Positions 1-5,772 of a stretch of 27,631 bases of DNA are shown one piece after another. Location: IMG/VR virus record IMGVR_UViG_3300044448_000824, positions 1 through 27,631 of that record; one strand, written 5' to 3'. Numbering within the stretch: position 1 is the first letter of the stretch; each line of letters begins with the position of its first letter. Position numbers and translations under genes: made by a program. The notes beneath the pieces are model-generated. The model had not been told where the DNA came from and did no database searches. It worked only from the letters and a program-made list of their open reading frames with translations. The stretch is from a virus. Its lineage: Duplodnaviria; Caudoviricetes.

Positions 1-135
1 AGAAGAATAGGTCAAGAGCAAGCTATGGCTGATGCTTTTGCAAAAGCCAAGCGTGACCACAAGTGGTCGCAATTACGTATGAAGGCAAAGCAAATCAAGT
101 CCAATGTTGGACCTAACAATGGAGATAAAAAATGA
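1..135 (+). CDS. Partial (5'-truncated) hypothetical protein; reads through repeat copy 1
   Basis: Frame 1 is open from base 1 (RRIGQEQAMADAFAKAKRDHKWSQLRMKAKQIKSNVGPNNGDKK*). Its TGA at 133-135 overlaps the next ATG (ATGA coupling). Confidence 0.55.
   Translation, partial: RRIGQEQAMADAFAKAKRDHKWSQLRMKAKQIKSNVGPNNGDKK
97..125 (+). repeat. Palindromic gene-boundary element, copy 1 (core GTCCAATGTTGGAC 99-112, then CTAACAATGGAGA with RBS)
   Basis: Read directly; matches the copies at 278, 799, 1588 and 3936. Confidence 0.95.
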
Positions 136-269
136 GTACATTAGAAAAAATTGGCATGTGGGTTTTCTTTTCCCCGATCATATATGTTTTTGCAATGAGT
201 GTTAATCTGCACCTAGTAAGACTAGGCGTTACTGATTTTACACTTCCATTTCTATGGAAATTTATTTAG
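132..269 (+). CDS. Small hydrophobic (membrane) protein, 45 aa
   Basis: GGAG RBS at 121-124, ATG at 132, MSTLEKIGMWVFFSPIIYVFAMSVNLHLVRLGVTDFTLPFLWKFI*, TAG at 267-269. It fills the interval between repeat copies 1 and 2 exactly. Not in the ORF track (below its size cutoff). Confidence 0.7.
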   Translation: MSTLEKIGMWVFFSPIIYVFAMSVNLHLVRLGVTDFTLPFLWKFI

Positions 270-270
270 C

Positions 271-304
271 TAACTAAGTCCAACGTTGGACCTAACAATG
301 GAGA
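271..304 (+). repeat. Palindromic gene-boundary element, copy 2 (perfect 14-bp palindrome GTCCAACGTTGGAC 278-291)
   Basis: TAACTAAGTCCAACGTTGGACCTAACAATGGAGA begins 2 nt after the upstream stop and ends in the RBS of the ATG at 310. Confidence 0.95.
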
Positions 305-309
305 TAAAA

Positions 310-720
310 ATGACTAACGAAGTATCACGAGATGAACTCATGAATTCCTATAGCGATCTACACAAAGATGTGTGGGGATGTAGGCCTCTGGTACACACGA
401 TGAAATGGGTTCGTAGCATGTCTGATGCTCAGTTTAATGAGCATTGGGATGGGTTGGTTGCTACTCTCACAGAGCAAGAGGAGGAAGACCGAGAGCGTAG
501 TGAGCAAAGCATGTATACTCTTATGGGTAGGATTGAGACATTAGTTGGTCCTACGACTAGTCGGCAGGATGTCTTGCGTTGGTTAGCTGATGCTAGTGGC
601 AACTCTTATGGAGGTTTCTATGATTGGGAACAAACTCTGTTTGAAAATGGAGTTAGGGAAATTGCCCATCAACGTAAGGTTAAGGATTGGGTAGGTATTG
701 AGTATTTCAACAGAGCATAA
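310..720 (+). CDS. Hypothetical phage early protein, 136 aa
   Basis: The track ORF 286..720 starts at a TTG inside the repeat; ATG 310 with GGAG at 300-303 is the better start. YSDLHKDVWGCRP resembles the SDxHKDxYGxRP motif I recall from uncharacterised phage early proteins. Confidence 0.8.
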   Translation: MTNEVSRDELMNSYSDLHKDVWGCRPLVHTMKWVRSMSDAQFNEHWDGLVATLTEQEEEDRERSEQSMYTLMGRIETLVGPTTSRQDVLRWLADASGNSYGGFYDWEQTLFENGVREIAHQRKVKDWVGIEYFNRA

Positions 721-740
721 TCACTTTAGATATATCTTAC

Positions 741-779
741 GTAATATATACTTGACACTTTAGTAAAAGTATATATTAC
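741..779. repeat. Perfect 13-bp inverted repeat GTAATATATACTT / AAGTATATATTAC with a 13-nt spacer; extends imperfectly to about 728-791
   Basis: Arms at 741-753 and 767-779 read directly. Outer AGATATATCT (728-737) and AGATACATCT (782-791) extend the symmetry. Confidence 0.85.
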
Positions 780-780
780 T
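752..780 (+). promoter_or_regulatory. Possible sigma70-type promoter (perfect -35 TTGACA 752-757, weak -10)
   Basis: TTGACA lies in an AT-rich intergenic stretch, but the -10 candidates are poor (TATTAC at 16-nt spacing, TATATT at 14-nt spacing). Confidence 0.4.
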
Positions 781-791
781 TAGATACATCT

Positions 792-825
792 TAACTAAGT
801 CCAACATTGGACCTAACAATGGAGA
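792..825 (+). repeat. Palindromic gene-boundary element, copy 3 (core GTCCAACATTGGAC 799-812)
   Basis: TAACTAAGTCCAACATTGGACCTAACAATGGAGA is identical to copy 2 at 33/34 positions and ends in the RBS of the ATG at 831. Confidence 0.95.
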
Positions 826-830
826 ATAAC

Positions 831-920
831 ATGGAAGAACTTAACGTATTGCAGATACTAGCTATCTGTTGGTTTGTAGTAGCATTAGGTTTAATTGTAA
901 CTTGCTTTAGGGATAACTAA
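831..920 (+). CDS. Small single-transmembrane peptide, 29 aa
   Basis: GGAG RBS at 821-824, MEELNVLQILAICWFVVALGLIVTCFRDN*; its TAA (918-920) is 1 nt before the next ATG. Confidence 0.6.
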   Translation: MEELNVLQILAICWFVVALGLIVTCFRDN

Positions 921-921
921 A

Positions 922-1587
922 ATGATTAAGGATTTGTTTCGGTTCTGTGATGACATAGGCATGTTCGCCAGCGATAGGCCAATCAATGATGTAGGATCTG
1001 TGAAAGGATCTTGTGACCATCGGACTAGTTTCTGTGATGAGGACTGCTATAACGTTAAGCTGTATAGGATGTATCCCAACATGGGCAAACGTGATGAACG
1101 CTGTGAACATGAGTGGCAACAGGTGTCTGGTGATGCGGTGCGTACCTATCTATCACGCAAGAAGAAGCAGACTAAACGTTCTAGGCATATGACTAGAGGC
1201 GAAGCTATCAAGGATTTACCTGATGTCTATCGTGTTAAAGAAATAGCATTAGCTACACCTGAAACTGTATGGTGGGTTCCTACTAGAGCATGGCGTAATA
1301 CATTGCTACGTGAGCTAATCCAGATAGAGCTATTCCCTATTCCAAACATAGCTCTCAATGCGTCACTTGATCCATCCAATACACAGGATGAGGAGGACAG
1401 TTTGATTGCTGATGGTTGGAACATCATGTACTTTGGTGATGATACAAAGTATGCAGGTAAAGGTGAAGCATTCAAGTGTCCTAAGACATGGAAGAAAATG
1501 TCTGGACATTGCGCTGTATGTAAGGCAGGATGCTTTAGTCAGACTACTATAGGCAAGCGAGTGACAGTTCACTTATCATCTCACTAA
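922..1587 (+). CDS. GP88-like Cys-rich (putative Fe-S / radical-SAM-related) phage protein
   Basis: N-terminal C-x6-C-x3-CY (SCDHRTSFCDEDCY), RHMTRGE, WVPTR, NIALNASLD and C-terminal CP...CxxCxxxC match the GP88 family pattern as I recall it. Confidence 0.6.
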   Translation: MIKDLFRFCDDIGMFASDRPINDVGSVKGSCDHRTSFCDEDCYNVKLYRMYPNMGKRDERCEHEWQQVSGDAVRTYLSRKKKQTKRSRHMTRGEAIKDLPDVYRVKEIALATPETVWWVPTRAWRNTLLRELIQIELFPIPNIALNASLDPSNTQDEEDSLIADGWNIMYFGDDTKYAGKGEAFKCPKTWKKMSGHCAVCKAGCFSQTTIGKRVTVHLSSH

Positions 1588-1614
1588 GTCCAACATTGGA
1601 CCTAACATTGGAGA
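1583..1614 (+). repeat. Palindromic gene-boundary element, copy 4 (core GTCCAACATTGGAC 1588-1601)
   Basis: ACTAAGTCCAACATTGGACCTAACATTGGAGA; its TAA (1585-1587) is the stop of the upstream gene and its GGAG is the RBS of the ATG at 1622. Confidence 0.95.
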
Positions 1615-1621
1615 AAGTACA

Positions 1622-2380
1622 ATGGAAATAACCAAAGGTAGTACAATAGCAGTATGGTTTTCTTGTGGATCAGCATCAGCAGTAGCTAGTAAATTAATCG
1701 TAGAAAAGTATGGGGATACATGCGATATAAGGATACTGAATAATCCTGTAGTGGAAGAGCATGAAGACAACCTAAGATTTCTTAAGGATGTACAGGATTG
1801 GCTAGGTCATCCTATAGAAAGTGTTGTTAATCCAGACTACCCTACAGCATCAGCAATGGATGTATGGCAAAAGAAACGCTACATGTCTGGCGTAGCAGGT
1901 GCACCATGTACACTAGAACTTAAGAAACGTGCTAGACAGCATTGGGAAAATAACAATCATGTGGATTGGCACGTGTTAGGATTTACTTCTGAGGAAGTTA
2001 AGAGACACGAAAGATTTACACTTACAGAAAGGAGTAATGTTATACCTATACTTATCGAAGAGAACTATTCTAAACAGGATTGTTATGATCACCTATTGCG
2101 TGATGGAATAGAACCACCTGTTATCTATAAGTTAGGATATCCTAATGCTAACTGTATAGGATGTGTTAAGGCAACGTCACCTACATACTGGAATCACGTT
2201 AGGTCTGTACATCCAGATGTGTTTGAACAGAGGGCAGTACAGTCTCGTGACATAGGTACTAGGTTAGTGAGACATAAAGGAAAGCGTATCTTTCTAGACG
2301 AGCTACCTAGTGATGCTATAGGTAGACCAATGAAGAACTTAGACTTTGAATGTGGCATCTTTTGTGAGGAGATAAAGTAA
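1622..2380 (+). CDS. Phosphoadenosine phosphosulfate (PAPS) reductase-like PP-loop protein
   Basis: N-terminal AVWFSCGSASAVA (PP-loop variant), PCTLELKK, LGF...E..R, LGYPNANCIGCVK and C-terminal ECGIFC are typical of phage PAPS-reductase-family proteins. Confidence 0.75.
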   Translation: MEITKGSTIAVWFSCGSASAVASKLIVEKYGDTCDIRILNNPVVEEHEDNLRFLKDVQDWLGHPIESVVNPDYPTASAMDVWQKKRYMSGVAGAPCTLELKKRARQHWENNNHVDWHVLGFTSEEVKRHERFTLTERSNVIPILIEENYSKQDCYDHLLRDGIEPPVIYKLGYPNANCIGCVKATSPTYWNHVRSVHPDVFEQRAVQSRDIGTRLVRHKGKRIFLDELPSDAIGRPMKNLDFECGIFCEEIK

Positions 2381-2536
2381 ATGAGTACGTATAAATCATC
2401 TATATCTTACATGCGTAATAAAATTGGTCCGTTATCTGAGGCTAGTAATGAAACTTTATGTAGATATATATGTTATTTAGAGGTAGAGTTGGTAGCATTG
2501 GAAAAAGATTTTACTGATAAGGAGTCAGCACAATGA
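2381..2536 (+). CDS. Small hypothetical protein, 51 aa
   Basis: ATG directly follows the upstream stop; MSTYKSSISYMRNKIGPL...DKESAQ*; ATGA-coupled to the next ORF. Not in the track. Confidence 0.55.
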   Translation: MSTYKSSISYMRNKIGPLSEASNETLCRYICYLEVELVALEKDFTDKESAQ

Positions 2537-2670
2537 GTTTACATCCACAGATAGCAAGTCAGTTAGAGGACATAGTTGATGACCTCATGGCAGAGGGCTA
2601 TACAGAAGAGGAAGCTATTGATATAGCATGGACTAGGTTTAATGGTTGGAGCGAGGTGAAAGCAAAATGA
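2533..2670 (+). CDS. Small acidic hypothetical protein, 45 aa
   Basis: AAGGAG RBS upstream; MSLHPQIASQLEDIVDDLMAEGYTEEEAIDIAWTRFNGWSEVKAK*; ATGA overlaps at both ends. Not in the track. Confidence 0.65.
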   Translation: MSLHPQIASQLEDIVDDLMAEGYTEEEAIDIAWTRFNGWSEVKAK

Positions 2671-2858
2671 TATACAACAAGGAAGCTAGGGAATATATAA
2701 TGAATTATTTCGTTATGATGTACAAGTGTTGGAGATGTGGGGAAGAGTGGTGTATGGGACATGACTGTGCTTGTGATGACCGCTGTCCAGAATGTGACGC
2801 TACGAATGAATACGTAGCTGTAGAAGAGGTTAACTTTTTAGGAGTGAAAGCAAAATGA
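2656..2858 (+). repeat. 15-bp direct repeat GTGAAAGCAAAATGA (2656-2670 and 2844-2858) bracketing one ORF
   Basis: Exact 15/15 match read directly; each copy contains an overlapping stop/start (ATGA). Confidence 0.85.
2667..2858 (+). CDS. Small Cys-rich zinc-ribbon-like protein, about 63 aa
   Basis: CWRC...CDDRCPEC; ATG 2667 (ATGA coupling, GAGG upstream) is preferred over the track start at 2646. Confidence 0.7.
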   Translation: MIYNKEAREYIMNYFVMMYKCWRCGEEWCMGHDCACDDRCPECDATNEYVAVEEVNFLGVKAK

Positions 2859-3466
2859 CTAGCTGTAATAAGTTCATAGGCTGGCCTGACCAAATGCATA
2901 CCAAGTATTCTGTGGTTGAGATACCATACGAAGCTACAAAAGACTGGATACTAAATATTCACTATGCCAAGCGTATGCCATCTATCAGCTATGCTTATGG
3001 TCTGTACCTTTACGATGAGATGGTAGGCATGGTGTCTTATGGTAGCCCTGCTTCACCTGCTTTATGTAAAGGTATCTGTGGTGAGGAACACCGGGCTGAT
3101 GTCATTGAATTGAACAGGCTTGTTCTCAAGGACAACCTACCTAATGAAGCTAGTTTTTTGGTAGGTAAATCACTGAAGCTACTGCCACAACCTAAAGTGG
3201 TGGTGTCTTACGCCGACACTGCTCAAGATCATTTAGGTATTATCTATCAAGCTACCAATTTTCTGTTCACTGGTACAACTAAAGCCCGGACAGATATAGC
3301 AGGTAAGGATGGTAAGCATTCACGGCATCACTTAGGGGATAAGACTAAACGTATACCTCGTAGTGCCAAACACAGATATGTATATTTTATCGGTAACAAA
3401 AAGCAGAAGAAAGTATTACGTAATGCTTTACGGTATGAGATACATGACAACTACCCTAAATTTTGA
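2855..3466 (+). CDS. mom: Mom-like GNAT-fold DNA adenine modification protein
   Basis: Motifs HY..R, YGL...MVG..SYG.P, IELNRL, NEASFLVG.SL, VVSYAD...H.GIIYQATNF..TG and KHRYVY are characteristic of phage Mu Mom homologues. Confidence 0.75.
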   Translation: MTSCNKFIGWPDQMHTKYSVVEIPYEATKDWILNIHYAKRMPSISYAYGLYLYDEMVGMVSYGSPASPALCKGICGEEHRADVIELNRLVLKDNLPNEASFLVGKSLKLLPQPKVVVSYADTAQDHLGIIYQATNFLFTGTTKARTDIAGKDGKHSRHHLGDKTKRIPRSAKHRYVYFIGNKKQKKVLRNALRYEIHDNYPKF

Positions 3467-3479
3467 AAGGATTATTATA

Positions 3480-3665
3480 ATGACTATAGACCACATAGGT
3501 AACAGTTCACTGGCGTATGACTCAATCAGCAATGTACTGAGACATAAGGACAAGATCAGTCATGCACATAAAGTGGAGACAGGAGCACCTGTACCACTGG
3601 AAAAGAAAGACACTATACAACCATCAAAGGAGGGGCTAGGCAAGCACATCGATATTACTACTTGA
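3480..3665 (+). CDS. Hypothetical protein, about 61 aa
   Basis: ATG 3480 follows an AAAGGA RBS just after the Mom-like stop; the track start at 3363 would overlap Mom by about 100 nt. Confidence 0.55.
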   Translation: MTIDHIGNSSLAYDSISNVLRHKDKISHAHKVETGAPVPLEKKDTIQPSKEGLGKHIDITT

Positions 3666-3690
3666 CACTATTAACAAACAATAATATATT
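3662..3690 (+). promoter_or_regulatory. Host sigma70-type promoter TTGACA-17 nt-TATATT
   Basis: -35 at 3662-3667 and -10 at 3685-3690, optimal spacing, AT-rich context, followed by an AGGAGA RBS and ATG 3722. Confidence 0.75.
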
Positions 3691-3721
3691 AATCATATAA
3701 TTAACATAGGAGATTATTAAA

Positions 3722-3928
3722 ATGGCTACAACATCAACACTTATCGTAAGAGTAAACCGTATCACTAACGCTAGAAGCATAGTGGAAGCAGACAACAAAG
3801 CTACTGCATCAGGTGGTGATACACGAGGTAGGTTGTATCAGGTGTACAAAGGTAGAAGTATTCCTTTCATCCATAAGGACATGGTGCAAGGTGTACGTGA
3901 TGGCAGAACAGGCAGGTTTGTTGCCTAG
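3722..3928 (+). CDS. Small basic hypothetical protein, 68 aa
   Basis: Strong RBS (AGGAGA) and its own promoter; ends in RDGRTGRFVA immediately before repeat copy 5. Confidence 0.75.
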   Translation: MATTSTLIVRVNRITNARSIVEADNKATASGGDTRGRLYQVYKGRSIPFIHKDMVQGVRDGRTGRFVA

Positions 3929-3931
3929 TAA

Positions 3932-3957
3932 TTAGGTCCAACATTGGACTTAACAAT
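3932..3957. repeat. Palindromic element, copy 5 (core GTCCAACATTGGAC 3936-3949), arms in inverted configuration, no fused RBS
   Basis: TTAGGTCCAACATTGGACTTAACAAT; the reverse complement TTAAGTCCAATGTTGGACCTAA matches copy 1. Confidence 0.9.
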
Positions 3958-3986
3958 TAAGTGATCTTAGTATAGGGATGGTGATT

Positions 3987-4166
3987 ATGAAGATACGTAG
4001 AGTAAACCCAGTAGCAAAGGCAGTAGCTCGTAATCGCCCCCGTACTCAGGTTATACCTAACAAAAAAGGTAAAGGTTCATATAACAGAAAGAAAGGACGA
4101 GAGGATGCAGTCTCAGTCACAATATCAAAAGATGCGTATAACAAAATTAACAACACCGAAACCTAA
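3987..4166 (+). CDS. arfA: ArfA-like (alternative ribosome-rescue factor A) protein
   Basis: NPVAKAV...RTQVIPNKKGKGSYNRKK aligns with the E. coli ArfA core RQRVEKNKKGKGSYMRK. Start at 3987 or 3978. Confidence 0.7.
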   Translation: MKIRRVNPVAKAVARNRPRTQVIPNKKGKGSYNRKKGREDAVSVTISKDAYNKINNTET

Positions 4167-4239
4167 ACGTGACGATTGGAAACGCGAGAGGCGTAAGTTA
4201 CGTAGAGCAAAACAACAAACACAACAGATTGGACAGTAA
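4105..4239 (+). CDS. Small highly basic protein, 44 aa, overlapping the ArfA-like 3' end
   Basis: Purine-rich RBS (AAGGACGAGAGG); MQSQSQYQKMRITKLTTPKPKRDDWKRERRKLRRAKQQTQQIGQ*; stop 1 nt before ATG 4241. Confidence 0.5.
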   Translation: MQSQSQYQKMRITKLTTPKPKRDDWKRERRKLRRAKQQTQQIGQ

Positions 4240-4240
4240 C

Positions 4241-5047
4241 ATGATGAACACATATGGACACGCAGAGTTTGACATAGACTATGTAACAACAGAGCGATCA
4301 GACAAACACAAGTATGTCATTCGTACTGACACAGATGAATGTATTGGTATGGTCAACAGTACCTACACTGGTACGTCACATCCAGATTACTTTGGTAAGA
4401 TGCGTGAGCAGTGGATGAACACACTGCAACCTGAGAAGTATGACATCAAGACTAGGACAGCAGGTAATGGGGCATGGGCATTGGAAACAGTTACCTTCCC
4501 TGACCTCAAAGGTGTGGTTGAAACTAAGAAGCATAAGACAGAGACAGCTATGCAGTTGAACTACTGGCACAGTATCAATGGCAGTACGTCTAACAACTTT
4601 GTAGGTGGGCTGATAGATTTCTTCTGTACGAATGGTATGGTAACAGGTGACTACTCTGTGTTGAAGAAAAGAAACACAAAGAACTTTGACCTGTCTACCT
4701 TTGCTGATAAGGCAGGTGGTATGATTGCAGGATACAGTGAGCATAACGCATGGTGTCAGAGACTGGCTGAGAAGGAAGTAGGTGTAGTTTCTGTAGGTAT
4801 GATGATTGATTCACTAATGCCTTATCGTAAAGCTACAAAGATGATGCAATCAATACACAAGGAGATAGAGGTTAGAGGCTGTAACATGTGGGCTGTGTAC
4901 TCAGCTATGACACAGTACGCTACTCACAGTGACAGGTTTGAGTTTCGTAAGACCAACAATGATACTCAGGTACAGCGTCAGTTTAACCGCAACCTAGAGG
5001 TAGCTAAGTGGGTAGAACACCCATCATTTTTAGAGATGGCTGCCTGA
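4241..5047 (+). CDS. DUF932/DUF945-like (TIGR03299-type) phage protein
   Basis: VIRTDT..IG.V...Y, HSINGS, FFCTNGMV and N.WAVYSAMTQYATH motifs. ATG 4241 is preferred over GTG 4169. Confidence 0.65.
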   Translation: MMNTYGHAEFDIDYVTTERSDKHKYVIRTDTDECIGMVNSTYTGTSHPDYFGKMREQWMNTLQPEKYDIKTRTAGNGAWALETVTFPDLKGVVETKKHKTETAMQLNYWHSINGSTSNNFVGGLIDFFCTNGMVTGDYSVLKKRNTKNFDLSTFADKAGGMIAGYSEHNAWCQRLAEKEVGVVSVGMMIDSLMPYRKATKMMQSIHKEIEVRGCNMWAVYSAMTQYATHSDRFEFRKTNNDTQVQRQFNRNLEVAKWVEHPSFLEMAA

Positions 5048-5048
5048 T

Positions 5049-5315
5049 ATGTTGGATGGTGATAAAGAAAACTTACTTAGCTGGTGGTACAGCCTACCTG
5101 ATAACTGGGCAGGTTCATACAAAGAGGATGACAGAGGTGTGGTCACACTCACAGTATTTAAAAAACCATCAGCAGATAGTACGAAAGAAAGTATAAACAA
5201 TCAACTACAACGTGCTAGAGGTAGAGCACCTAAGAAAGAGTATGGAGGTTACGATGGACAAGATCCCACTAAGTATGGAGATTGGCAACACAATGGTAGA
5301 TGTACAGATTTTTAA
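5049..5315 (+). CDS. Protein with C-terminal DUF1674 / SDHAF4 (Sdh8)-like domain
   Basis: The C-terminus KEYGGYDGQDPTKYGDWQHNGRCTDF matches the DUF1674 signature ExGGxxGxEPTRYGDWExxGRxxDF. Confidence 0.75.
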   Translation: MLDGDKENLLSWWYSLPDNWAGSYKEDDRGVVTLTVFKKPSADSTKESINNQLQRARGRAPKKEYGGYDGQDPTKYGDWQHNGRCTDF

Positions 5316-5327
5316 GGCAGTACATTT

Positions 5328-5762
5328 ATGATAGGTGAAAGTATACTAGCAGTAGGTGCTACGATTACGTGCCTTGCCCAGAACATTTACTTTGAGGCAC
5401 GTGATCAACCTACAGTGGGACAGATGGCAGTAGCCTATGTCGTACTGAACAGGGTGCACCATCCTGCATGGCCTGATACAGTGTGTGATGTCATACGTGA
5501 AGGGCCAACATACAGTTGGAAGCAGGACTATCCTATCAGGCATAGATGCCAGTTTAGTTGGTACTGTGATGGTAAGCCTGATATACCTAAAGACCAACGT
5601 GCATGGAACAGGGCAGTGTCTGTAGCAGAGGAGGTGTACTATTCATATGGTTTAACAATCAATGTAGTGGATGGTGCTACCTTCTATCATTCAGTGGACG
5701 TTAGTCCTGCATGGAATAGAGAGTACATTACAACAATAGAAGATCATATATTTTATAGATAG
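5328..5762 (+). CDS. Cell wall hydrolase, SleB/Hydrolase_2 family
   Basis: CLAQNIYFEARDQ..GQMAVAYVVLNRV, P.TVCDVI, CQFSWYCDG, GATFYH and HIFY motifs. Confidence 0.9.
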   Translation: MIGESILAVGATITCLAQNIYFEARDQPTVGQMAVAYVVLNRVHHPAWPDTVCDVIREGPTYSWKQDYPIRHRCQFSWYCDGKPDIPKDQRAWNRAVSVAEEVYYSYGLTINVVDGATFYHSVDVSPAWNREYITTIEDHIFYR

Positions 5763-5772
5763 GAGATGATAC

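Noticed and set aside
278-291. Intrinsic terminator interpretation of the palindrome
   Set aside because: No loop-forming spacer, a short stem and no downstream U-tract.
271-298. Xer dif-like site interpretation of the palindrome
   Set aside because: An 11-6-11 partition can be drawn, but the arms do not resemble XerC/XerD consensus sequences.
286-309. Track start at TTG 286 (and similar extended starts at 2646, 3363, 4169, 10320)
   Set aside because: These starts lack an RBS or overlap other features; downstream ATGs with a clear RBS or coupling fit better.
97-3957. CRISPR array interpretation of the roughly 30-bp palindromic repeats
   Set aside because: Intervals are 179-2348 bp, irregular and contain whole genes. 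There is no cas operon, and the Cas4-like nuclease is a normal phage replication-module gene.
5008-5196. Alternative-frame plus ORFs (5008-5196, also 14684-15040 and 15624-15806)
   Set aside because: They overlap better-supported genes in another frame and show no RBS or motif.
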